DNA of 64,000 bases from Takakia lepidozioides. Lineage: Eukaryota > Plantae > Bryophyta. Shown here in pieces: positions 1 through 11,230 of this stretch; positions within the stretch are counted from its first letter, which is position 1; each line of letters opens with the position of its first letter. The stretch covers positions 71,300,001-71,364,000 of the forward strand of contig CM060731.1 in the NCBI GenBank assembly GCA_030704615.1. Reading direction: 5' to 3'. The notes beneath the pieces are model-generated. The model was not told the origin of the DNA, ran no database searches, and saw only the letters and a program-made list of their open reading frames with translations. Both the position numbers and the translations under genes were made by a program.

Positions 1-1
1 A

Positions 2-1987
2 AGCCTAGCAGGGGGGAAGCAGGTGCACGCTCACATTATCGAAAGTGGATGCAAGCCAAACATCTTTCTATTCAACACCCTTCTCAACATGTATGCTAAG
101 TGCGGGAGCTTGGTAGATGCATGCCAAGTATTTCACAAAATGCCTGAACGAGATATGGTTACGTGGAATACATTGATAGCAGGATATGCCAAGCATGGGT
201 GTGGCAGGGAAGCTCTGGATATCTATGAGAAAATGCAACAGGAAGGGGTGATGCCCAGCAGAGTCACATACATTTGTGTTGTCAATGCGTGTGCCAGCCT
301 GGCAGATCTGGAGAGGGGCAAAGAGGTGCATTCTGACATCATCAAAGCTAGGGTTATACCAGACGTTATTCTGGAGACTGCCCTTGTTGATATGTATGCC
401 AAATGCGGGAGCATGAAGAATGCATGTCAAGTGTTTGACAATATTGCCCCACGCAATGTGGTCTCGTGGAATGCAATGATAGCGGGATACGGTCAGCAAG
501 GGTGTGGTATGGAGGCTTTGAATGTCTATGAGCAAATGATACAGGAAGGGATGATGCCAGATAAGGTCACGTTTATTTCTGTTCTCAATGCATGTGCCAG
601 CCTGGGAGCCCTGGATAGGGGCATAGCGGTCCATGCTCACATCATTGAAGCCAGAGTCATGCCAGATATCATTCTGGAAACTGCCCTTGTTGACATGTAT
701 GCCAAATGCAGAAGCATGAAAAATGCACATCAAGTGTTTGATAATATGCCTCAACGAAATGTGGTCTCATGGAATGCGATGATTGGAGGATGCAGTCAAC
801 ATGGATATGGTAGGGAGGCCTTGCAGATCTATAAGCAAATGCTATGGGAAGGTATAAAGCCCAACAAGGTCACTCTCACCTGTGTTCTAAAGGCATGTGC
901 CAGCCTGGCAGCCCTGGAAAAGGGCAAGGAGGTCCATGCTGCCATCATCAAAGCCCAAATTACCCTAGATATTGTTCTGGAAACTACACTTGTTGACATG
1001 TATGCCAAATGTGGGAGCATGAAGGATGCACGGCAAGTGTTCGACAACATGGCTCCACGAAATGTGGTGTCATGGAGTGCAATAATAACAGGATATGCTC
1101 AGCATGGCTGTGGTAAGGAGGCTGTCCAACTATTTGAACAAATGCAACAGGAAGGCTTAAAGCCAAACGTTATCACCTTTACATCTCTTCTGTCTGCTTG
1201 TAGCCATGTGGGCCTAGTGGATGAAGGTCATCACTTCTTTCGTTCCATGAGTCGAGATCATGGCCTTGCTCCTACAGTGGAGCATTTTGGCTGTATGGTG
1301 GACCTTCTTGGCCGCGCAGGGCGACTGGTTGAGGCAGAGGACTTAGTTATGAAGATGCCACTCAACTCAGCCGCTGGGGTGTGGGGGGCCTTGCTTGGTG
1401 CCTGCAGAATTCACGGCGATGTGGCTCAAGCAGAACGTGCAGCCAAAGGCCTTCTCAACTGCAATCCACAGGATGCTTCTACTTACATACTGCTATCAAA
1501 TATATATGCTGCAGCAGGCCGTTGGCACGATAGAGCAAGGGTCAGACAAATGATGGAGGTGAGAGGTGTAAAAAAGGACCTAGGCTGCTGCTGCATTGAG
1601 GTAAACAGCCAAGTGCATACATTTGTTGTAGAAGATAAATTGCATCCACAAATTGAGGAAATCCATGCTGAGCTTAAGAGATTGTCTGGGCAGATGATGG
1701 AGGCTGGGTATGTTCCCGACACACGCTTTGTATTGCATGATGTAGAGGAGGAGATGAAGGAATTCTCTCTTTGCCACCACAGTGAGAAGCTGGCCATTGC
1801 TTTGGGGCTCATCAGCACCCCTCCTGGAACTCCACTCTGCATCACCAAGAATCTTCGGGTGTGCGGTGACTGCCACACCGCCACCAAGTTCATCTCAAAG
1901 ATTGTTGGGCGAGCAGTCATTGTACGGGATGCCAACCGTTTTCACCACTTCCAAGATGGGGTTTGTTCTTGTGGCAATTACTGGTGA
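2..1987 (+). CDS. PLS-class pentatricopeptide repeat protein with E1/E2/DYW deaminase domain (organellar C-to-U RNA editing factor); 5' end lies upstream of the window
   Basis: The frame is open from base 2 (SLAGGKQVHAH...). It has repeating P-L-S motifs (VVSWNAMI..., VTFISVLNAC..., LVDMYAKCGS...), then P2-L2-S2 and E1/E2. The DYW domain has HSEKLA and CGDC and ends CSCGNYW*. No introns within the window. Confidence 0.96.
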   Translation, partial: SLAGGKQVHAHIIESGCKPNIFLFNTLLNMYAKCGSLVDACQVFHKMPERDMVTWNTLIAGYAKHGCGREALDIYEKMQQEGVMPSRVTYICVVNACASLADLERGKEVHSDIIKARVIPDVILETALVDMYAKCGSMKNACQVFDNIAPRNVVSWNAMIAGYGQQGCGMEALNVYEQMIQEGMMPDKVTFISVLNACASLGALDRGIAVHAHIIEARVMPDIILETALVDMYAKCRSMKNAHQVFDNMPQRNVVSWNAMIGGCSQHGYGREALQIYKQMLWEGIKPNKVTLTCVLKACASLAALEKGKEVHAAIIKAQITLDIVLETTLVDMYAKCGSMKDARQVFDNMAPRNVVSWSAIITGYAQHGCGKEAVQLFEQMQQEGLKPNVITFTSLLSACSHVGLVDEGHHFFRSMSRDHGLAPTVEHFGCMVDLLGRAGRLVEAEDLVMKMPLNSAAGVWGALLGACRIHGDVAQAERAAKGLLNCNPQDASTYILLSNIYAAAGRWHDRARVRQMMEVRGVKKDLGCCCIEVNSQVHTFVVEDKLHPQIEEIHAELKRLSGQMMEAGYVPDTRFVLHDVEEEMKEFSLCHHSEKLAIALGLISTPPGTPLCITKNLRVCGDCHTATKFISKIVGRAVIVRDANRFHHFQDGVCSCGNYW

Positions 1988-3356
1988 ACCCAGCAATGTG
2001 AAATGACAGTTTTGTTGCTCAAAATGCGAGGGTTGCTCACAACCACACTAGGCAATCAGGAGACGTGGTATTGCAGGACGCAGCTTATATTAAGATTTGG
2101 AGATGATCAAGCTGTCACTCATCTTGGTTCTGTCTCCGTCAATGAGGGTCAAAGGGGCCCATGTGGATCATAATCTGCCTTGTTGGATGGGGGAAACACG
2201 CTCTCTGGAGATTCCAGGGCATGACAAAAGCTCTGAATCTGGGATAGAGGAGGACTGTGATTCCACATTTCGGACAAATGTATGCTGTGTGCAGTGGAAG
2301 TGGATGAAACCCCTCACGGAGTCAGTTAGGTGATATATTGATATATGTCAAATTCTTGGAAAGTGCAAACTGTGGGGAACGACAGCAACAGTGGGGACTA
2401 CATCAAATCTCCATCAATTTGTGTGAGAAAAGTCTCGTTCTGGTGAGGTGGGAGAGGCGGAGCTGTGTGGGCTCATGCACAGAATGGGTTGAGCATGCAA
2501 GTGAGCAAGGCCTATCTGATTCTGGTGAGATACATCCTTTCTGATATCCAGTTTGCGAGAGTGAGGTTGAGAACTTTGCAACAAATGTGGACTACAGTTC
2601 TGAAGGAGCCTAAACAGGCCTTGTGGAAACTGTTGCTTGAACTCATCAGCTGCTTGAGAAGCGGGTCTCTTTGAATAGATTAGCATCACTCTCACAGAAC
2701 AGAATTCTCGAATTTTACACTCATGAACATTGGTGATCTGACCAAAATTTGAGAGTGCTTCACAGACCCAGGGTTCATCTGTTCCAAACTTCAGCCTCAG
2801 AAGATTGTATGGACCTTGTTTCTCACCACAACCCAAATGACACAAAACTCCACTGGACTATGTATATGCCCCAACACTATTGGGGTCCACAAAAAGAGAA
2901 CAATAGATTGTACGATAATGATTAAGGAAGGGACAAGGACAGTTCTGTTTCATTTTACAAGAGAATGTCTACCAGATAACATCCACTCTGGAAGCTTATC
3001 AGATGGTAGATTCAATTTTGAACCTGTGTACCAGCAATGTAAACTTGAGCAAAGCTCAAGACTCCATGGACAAGGTTTTTGGAGCCATGTATATGTATGT
3101 ATGTAAGGTCTCACTATTTGTTGGAATTGCTTATGTCGCATGTCAATCCTTTTTTTGCTTTCAAAGGCTAGTTACATGCTGCACTTTCTTGCAGAGTTAA
3201 CAGGTTATGTGAGTTACTGTTTAGACCATGTCTGTCTGCCAAAAGGTTGCTGGCTGTATCTGACGGCGCATTCCGGTAGTGAAGGTTTTGTGCAACCCAG
3301 CTCTTCGCCATGGCCCACACCTTCCCCTTCTTTGCAAGACAAAGTATCTTTGTCAG

Positions 3357-6300
3357 CTACTGCATTGTTTTCTGCAGCACCAAAACATGGGGGTCCTTGA
3401 GAATCTCCGGCTCCTGAAATACATGCAACCCTTTGCTGGAGGCCTCAAACTTGGCTCGGGCTACCAGATGTGCATCATCATCAATGAGCACCAACTTGCC
3501 CTGGGGCTGCAGTTTAACACTCACAACATGAAACAGAAGACTCATGTCATCCATAGCATGCAAGCTGAGACACAAAATGGCAACATCCACAGGCACTGGA
3601 AGATTGCGGCCTGTAGTCTCCATGCTGGTAATGAGTATGGCTGTTATGTTTCCTACAGACTCTTGCTTGGCAAGGCGGCATGTGTAGTCAACCCACCATT
3701 GCTTGTAGCTTATTGCATAGAAGTGGGCTTCTTTGAAGTGTTTAGCCAACTGGATGGGTAACAAGCCTGCGCCAGCCTGGAGGTCTGCAAATTTTGCAGT
3801 GGGGCAAACGAGAGTTGCTAGGTAGCGATATTCTCTGGAAATCCAGGCGAGCTGCATTGATATCGGGACTGTACTCATCCCCTCTACTTGCGGGAGACAA
3901 ACCAAAGGGGCTGAATGCTAGCTTTCCTGTCTGAATGTCACAATCTAACGCCTCCAAACACTTCAACTGCTCTGCAAATACATCGAGCTGCCCCTGAGAA
4001 CAGAGACCTGTGATAGACTGTCGAAATGACTTCCCCCTCTTCAGCAAATACCTAAGCAGCCCCTCCACTTGTGCTGCTTGCTCCCCTTGTATTGTCCATA
4101 TATCCAGTAGCTGTTTGGTCACCTTGGAGGCGATCTGCTCAGCAAATGTCAGGCATTCATCACAGTTTCTAATTGCAATTTCTAGACAAGTGCAAGCCGC
4201 AGTCACAACCCTGTGACACGCAGTATTTAGGTTCACGAAAATGGTACAGAGAAGGGAGAAGGGTGTGGGCTTCTTCACGGTGTCAAGAAACTCAGAAAAT
4301 TCTGCCAGTTCACCTAGAATTAGCATAGCTGCCTGGTGAGTTTGTGTTTCACCGTTCCTAAGGGCCAACTGTGCAAGCTCAAGGACCACAAAGGTTGAAT
4401 TGGCTGGCCGTAAACTGGCAATCTTCATGGCCAAATTTTTGCTTCTGAGACAATACTTGGCCAGAGCTTTAGCTGCAACAAGTGCAATACGTGGGGGGGA
4501 GGATGAGAGCAAGGGGACCAAGAACCCCCATGCTGGAACATGATCCATCAAACCTGCTGCATTGCTAGCATAGGCCATGCATTCAATGGCTCTCACTGCA
4601 TTCAACAACACAACTTCAACATACCCTGTGGCACGGTTAAAATCTCGCAGTACAAAAGAGTTTTGATCAGAGGGGTCATAATCTTCAACATTTGAACACG
4701 GATGGTTGATTTCTTCAGGTGCTTGCTCACTTTCCCTGGCCAGCAGATTGGCCACAGCTTCCAGCACCCCACCCTCTGCAAAGTTGCAGTGTACAAGTCA
4801 TTTCAATGATTAGCATAAAGGGGGTTGACTTCACTGTGGGGCATTTGCAAAGGCAATGGCAGGTTGGCTTTCTCCTCCGCCAATGAACTCTACCTGGCTC
4901 ATGAAACACTCCGACATAGCCAGCAAAGATTTTGCACACACAAACTTCTTCTTCCCATCATAAAAAGTTTATATGTATGGGATACCTTATGTGGGGAAAA
5001 TGTACCTTCACTTGCAAAAATCGCCAGAATCAGTGGACTGCCTGAACCATCGGGCCCAACAGCCTCCCCAACCCTGGAAACAGCTTCCATGTCCCACTCA
5101 TTTTCTTCTTTGGGCCTCTCCCACTCCATGAGAGAGGCAATGGTCTGAGCAGCAGAAAGTCGGGTCAACTGCTTGTCTGATTTGCATGCACGCACCAAAG
5201 CTTCACAGAGTATCTGCTGTGATTCAAAGGATAGCAAGTGTCTCCTTAACCGGGGGTCCGCCGCCAGCTTGGCCAAGAGGCCTGCGATGCTATCGCTTAA
5301 TAACACAGATCCCTTGAGCATTAGCAATAAAAGTAGCTGTACCATATTGCTCTGTATCAATACCGTAAGAACTTTCTGGCAGTTATATGTAGCAATATGG
5401 TTTAACAGAGAGCAGGCAATGCTGATGATTTGGGGTGACCGGTGTCTGATGCCTCTCACTAGTATGGGAAGAGGCTGAGCTCGCATCAGAGCACGCACAG
5501 TTTGCTCATGTACAATCTTACATGCTTCATGAAGAATCTCTAGCACCAGGCGATTGCTGTGAGGGTATGCTGCCACCAGTGCCTGCAGCATCATGAACCA
5601 TTCAAGTGTCTTTTCAAGGTAATGTTATCTATGAAGTGACACAGACAGAAGACTACTTTAATTGTTCTTGGGCCAGCTCACCATCACGGCTACTTGTACA
5701 ATTCCTCCTGCAGCATGTGATATGCCGGGTGCCCACTGATTCCTATTTCCCATGTGTAGGTCAAGACAATTCACTCAGAGATAAGGTCACTCAGAGATTC
5801 AACAGGGGTTTCTCCCATGAAGAAAAGCATACTAGACATATTAAGTCCTCTTAATACTGAAAATTGTCTACTAGTTTCCTGGTGAAGACAGGAATACTGG
5901 CCTTCATGCCGTTGCAAGCTCCAAGCATTTCCCTCACTTCTTTCCCACCTTTCTGGATGACAATTTGTAGCTCCTTCAGTTTCTCTACCAACAGAGCAGT
6001 GTCAGGGGCGTTCACTGGGGTTGGGGGCTTTGATTTTACAAGCTCCCCGCCCATGAGGCCCTCATTTGTGCACCTGGCTGCCAAATTTTCTCTTAAGACA
6101 GATACCTCACAGCCTTCACAATTGAGTATTTGCATTATGGCTTGGATACATTCTTCCACTTTCATGACCTGCTGCCCCAGCAGGAAAGCCACCTTCTCCC
6201 CCTTTTGGAATCCTCTATTCCAGGCCTTCTGTGCTAGCTGCATGAGATACTCCGCCCGCTCAGCCTCAGACGCCTCCCTCTGACACTCCACTCTTATCCG

Positions 6301-6777
6301 CTCAAACATGTCAGAATTTTTGGGGCACAAGCGCTTTGCGTGCTGTAGGTCAGTCACAGCGGCCGAACACTGACCCTGAGCCTGCAAGGCAGATGCTCGG
6401 CGGGCGTATGGCCGCCAATTGCAAGGTTCTAACCGGAGTGCCCTTGTACAGTCAGTGATTGCATCTCCATACTCCTCCAGCTTGAGGAAGGTCTCGGCTC
6501 GGTTGCACAACAGGGTTGCTGATGGCTGCTTTTTGATTCCTTGAGTGTAAAGCTGGACAGCCCGCAGGTGCCTTCCCTTCCGAAAGGCTTCATTTCCCTG
6601 CATGCGAAATGCAGCAGCCAGGAGTGCAGGGTCTGAACCTCCTTCTACCATCATGTTCTTTCCAGCACCCACAACACCATCTTCTGACAATGATGCTCCT
6701 CGAGGCTCAGACTCGGTGCGAGGAAGAAGGGGGTTGTTGGCCAACGGTAGCCTGCGTCCCGCTGTCTGGACATCCAT
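3357..6777 (-). CDS. Multi-exon TPR + armadillo-repeat protein with C-terminal class I SAM-methyltransferase-like domain (TTC12/UNC-45-like N-terminal architecture)
   Basis: ORFs 6777-5851 (three TPRs: FRMQGNEAFRKG..., LLCNRAETFLKL..., PYARRASALQA...), 5594-4899 and 4767-3742 (ARM-like helical repeats) and 3905-3357 (DLQAGAG...VDVAILCLSLH...LQPQGKLVLID) can be joined by phase-compatible GT-AG introns, with a small exon at about 5708-5657. Some junctions are ambiguous. Confidence 0.75.
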
Positions 6778-9338
6778 TCCACACGTGCCATTCAGCGGAT
6801 GAAACTCAAACGCATTCTGTTCATCATGTGAAATTCAGGTTCACATGACGTGAATTTCGCGGTAGGAACATTCATACGAAATTCACGGTATGAACTCTAA
6901 TTCCTGGGCCACAGTAATTCCTGGACCACTCTAGAATGAACAGGCCCGAATGAAACTGCTTTACATATCAGGCTAAATGTTGGTTGTCTATACAGACAAA
7001 TACTGCGGAGGGCACACTGTGCATAAAAGGGGCGAGGAAAAAACTAACCTTGCACAATGCGGCAGTGAAGGCTTACAAACTGAGTGGAACTAACCATAGC
7101 GGTGAAACAAAAGAAGAGCAAAATTACACCGAGGAAGATATCACACCCACAAAGCCGAGAAAGCAAGCCAAAAGCAAGACCACTCCTGAGAAAGCTTTCT
7201 AAGAGAATTTAATAAACGGATTTCATCCACCTACGTGCTTGAGTATCCGTCCCAAGATCATCCTTGAAGCGCACAAATAGGTGTCAACATTCTACAACCG
7301 TAGGTCATCGAAGCCCCCCAGTTATTAATATTGTCTTCAAGTCAGAGAACATGGAGTTAGGTAGAATCAAAATTTTCTAGATTACCTCACCTCTCTAATG
7401 TTCTCTCAAAAAATCCAGTAAGAACTAAAAACCTGCTGATGATATTTCGAGGGCACTAATTTTTCGATTCCACGTTGAACCACATACTGCCCCCGGGTCG
7501 AAGAGATCGAACATGACAAAATCCAGAGTTGCCTCCCGACCGGTCTTCAAATGTGAAAACACCTTGCCTGGTACTTTCCACTACTACTTATACATGGTTG
7601 CGAATTCCATGTTATGAATGAGCTCATTATCTCATCCATGAGGAGCAGCATCTGTTCACATCCATTCACTTTTCATCCCTAAGCACCCCGGTCACCGTCC
7701 ACCCGTAACCGGTGCGAGTCCATGGTTGACTCGTCGCTAAATCCAACCAGGTCAAGCCCAGCCATAGACCACCTACTAGTAGCATATACCTACACGACTA
7801 CCCGCTATCAATGTAGTACCCACACTTCTCAAACATGTGTCGGACTCGGGCCCATCCCTCTCTGACCAAATTCGGAACCCCCGCAAGATTTTATTACACA
7901 CCACAACATACCATAACTTACTCGAGATTCCCCTCCACCTGAATCTAGTGTTGCACCAAACCCTCCATGCGCATTGCGATCCCCTCTCCTCCAGTCGCAG
8001 TCAACGTGCACGAGAGAACCAGCGAGACTCTAGAGACATACTACTTACACACCAGCGGGAGTGAGAGCGAGAGAGAGAGAAGGGGGCAAGTGGGAGAGAC
8101 GGACCGGGTCCACGGCCGGCCAGTCTGGCCTCGGAGAGGGCGAAGCGGAGCGCCGCGCCGGCCCCGCGCGCGCACGGCCGCTGGGCCCCGCCGCGTTTGC
8201 AGCCGCCACGCCGCCCCTCGTGGGCCGCTGCGTCCTTCCGCGCAATCCTTCTCACTCTTTCCTTTCCACCGCGCTTTCAAGGGTGTGGAGGAGGAGCGTC
8301 GATTTTAGAATGTAAAGAAGCTTCAAGTGCGGGATAAGAAAGGCGATGTTGGTATGTATCCTTCTTACCAAGTTTCCGCAGGGTCCGAAAACTGAGAAAT
8401 TAGAAAAGTAGTTTGAACTTGAACGTCCCCGAGGGTCTGCAGTAAGTACTACTTAAAGTAAGTAGTAGCGATGATACCGACGGTGCGATAACCTCACGTC
8501 CGAGGAAAAAGTGCAGGGCGGTGAAGTTGGGGTTGTAGGTGGGGAGTGGGCGGCCGCGCACCCCGCGGGCGAGAGGGGGAGACCGCGATGCTGACACGGC
8601 GGGCGGGCACTGGCTTGCGGTTGCTGACCCGGGGTGACCGGGCGCCCGTGCTCCGGCACGGGCGCCCGGGTGACAGGCTACAGGAAGGGAGGGGGTGGGG
8701 GAGAGGCAGAGAGGCGTAGAGCTTGTTGTGCCCTACTTCCATGGCCGCGGGGCGAGCTGCTGGATCCACGTACTGCGGTTTGCTGTCGTCTGCAGTCGGG
8801 GGACCATGCTCGCTGCTTGTGCATCGTCCGGGGGCGCATTATCCAGCGGGGTGCTGTTGCTGCATGGGAGGAGAAGCTATGTCGCGGTGTACGGTGGGGT
8901 TGTCGCATTCTTTGACCAGCAGCAGCATCTTTTGGCTAGCCTCTGTTCCGTCTCTGGAGCTCGAGCGGGTGTTGCCTCTGTCGGCAGAGTTTAGGGTTTC
9001 TGGAGCATTGGTGGCGGTTCGGAAGGGCGGGATCGTTGGTGTTTGAAATTGTCGCTAGTATGCGAAGCAGAGAGACGTTCCGATAGAGGGACAGGAAAAT
9101 TGGAAGGTTGCTCGGGAGAGTAAAGCGTAAAGGGGTTTTTGCTGAAATGGGTTGAGATGCGGGCAACGGTAACTTTTTAAACGTGGAGGGAGAGGGAGAG
9201 GGAGAGGGGGATTGCTTCAGGATTAGCTGAATAGAGTGGCAATTGGAGACGAGGAAATTATAAGTGAATCTTTCGTTTATGAGGGGAGGAGGGAGAGACA
9301 GAAAAAGAGAGAGGGGGGGAGACAGGGTGAGAGAGGTA

Positions 9339-10736
9339 ATGGAGAATGGAAATGATGTTGTTTTAAGAACTGAGCGTGTTCCTGGGCCAAGAATTGATTT
9401 TGACACTGGTGGACCTAAAGAGTTTGAAATTAACCTAAAGATTGAGCGTGGAACTCTTGTAACGGCTGAGGGTGAGACCGTGACCACCATTGGGAGAGAG
9501 ACTGTTGTGTCGAGCGAGCTTGGAACTTCTGCCTTGGGTAAGCATGATACGGTGGGGAGCGCTGCAGTTATCGGTGATGATGGTGACGTGGACGAGACGG
9601 GTGAGCCTGAAAGTAGCAGGAGGGCTGATCGCGACTCTGCAGCTATGGATGGAGGGGATGTCATTCTGTTGATGGAGAAGCGCGATGCGATTCCCATGGC
9701 TAGGTGCGATCCCCTTCCGGCCGCTGAGCCCCGCGAGGCCGGTGCAATGGATGAGGAGCCTATGACCATGGATGAGGATGCTCCTACAACCCCAACAGGG
9801 GCGACCGGAGAACTGGATAGGAAGGATCGGTTGTACAAGAAAGGGCCCTGGAATGTATCAGAGATGTTAGTGCTGCAGTCAGCAAAGCGAGAAGATGTGG
9901 TTAGGGCAGGCAAAGGGGCCCCCAGGGACAAGCACAGGACGGCACAAGAGAAATGGCAATCTATTGAGGATTACTGCTGGGTACATTTTGTGCAACGCAG
10001 TGCCCAGCAATGCCAGGACAAGTGGGAATCCATGAGTGCAGAGTTCAAGAAGGTCAAGGACTATGAGTGCGGTATTCCAGCAGGACAAAAATCCTACTGG
10101 CAGATGACAATAGATGAAAGAAAGGCTTTCCGTGTGCCGCCAAATTTTCAGAAGGAGGTGTACCAAGCGCTCTGGGAGTGGTATGACAAAAACAGAGTGG
10201 TGGAACCCGGTAAGTTTGTACTTTTGCTCGGTCAATGGCAAACTAGTGCCATATCTCACAGGTAATAAATTTAAGTCAAACTTGTGAAATTTCTCTTACA
10301 AGAGAGGATGTAGATATTTTGGTGGTCTCCAGGATGTCTGCAATGGCATTTGTCATGGTGTTCTTTGCACCTCCTGCATTTCTAGAAGGAAGTTTGTTCT
10401 GAGGTGGTTTCTGTCAAATGACATCTTGGCTTTTGGACCTTGGAGAATAAGGAGGGATTTTGCTGCTGATCTCGAATCTTGTTCTTAGCTCCGGAAGGAG
10501 TAGTATTTCCACTAATGCAGTAGCTCTGACAGGTACTGTTGCGTTGAATAATATCACAAAAGTTGATGAGACCAAAGTGCAATCACCAATTGCCCTAGGA
10601 TCTTCTCCTTCTAGCGCAACTGCACCATCAAGAAAAAGGCCGATTGAGCGCAGTGTAACTCGTGTACCTCGGAAGATTATCAAGAGTGAAGGCATCTCTG
10701 GGGCAGGTCATATCGACCCTCGAACATTGTCGCAAG
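9339..10736 (+). CDS. Trihelix (GT/Myb-SANT-like, ASR3/SH4-like) transcription factor, exons 9339-10209 and 10533-10736; probably continues into the downstream hydrolase exons
   Basis: Trihelix DBD GPWNVSEMLVLQSAK...KWQSIEDYCW...RSAQQCQDKWESMSAEFKKVKDYE...SYWQMTIDERK..VPPNF. Perfect GTAAGT donor at 10210 and a phase-1 acceptor at 10532 after a CTAAT branch-like site. Basic NLS-like SRKRP in exon 2. An alternative start ATG lies at 9279. Confidence 0.88.
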
Positions 10737-11230
10737 GTGATCACTCTTCATCCATCTTATTTGGCAGTTTTTCAGTTTGCACCATCCTACTTTCAATTAG
10801 GTCGAGTGCATCTGCTATGCAACCGGAACTTGTGTGTGGAGTGTTTAGGTGCCAATGATCATGACCTAGACCGGTTTTGAATGGCAAACAGTACATGTAC
10901 GGAAGCTCAGCTGTCTAAATCCTCCAACAGGTCTATTAGTGCAGTGCGGCATTGTATCTGTGTGAGTGTTTTGACGGTTCTTAAAAACTTGGGTATTTGA
11001 TGGCATGGCTGTTTGGACAGTGTATCGAACTCTGAGAGAAGCAAACTGATTAGGGGTATTTATGAAGTTTTTTCTCTTTTCTCAGTCTGAGGTTTTGCCA
11101 TGTGATCTGCTTGGAAGCAGTAGTAAGAGATGGATTCCTAGGCTTTCAATTGCGGTTGGTGTGGCTGACCTTCAGATGAAGGCATTGCTAAGGATGGGGT
11201 TGGGGCATTTGAATACATGGTCCAAGACAG

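Noticed and set aside
1570-1987. U-to-C editing (DYW:KP/GRP-type) domain
   Set aside because: The domain has HSEKLA, CGDCH and a CSCGNYW end typical of canonical C-to-U DYW domains, with no KPAxA box or GRP terminus.
7960-9050. Cluster of overlapping Arg/Pro/Gly-rich ORFs (also 34060-34900)
   Set aside because: These are GC-rich promoter/5' UTR islands in which stop codons are rare, and there is no protein family signal.
8936-9931. 331-aa minus-strand ORF
   Set aside because: It is the antisense shadow of the GC-rich trihelix exon, low-complexity S/P-rich with no motif.
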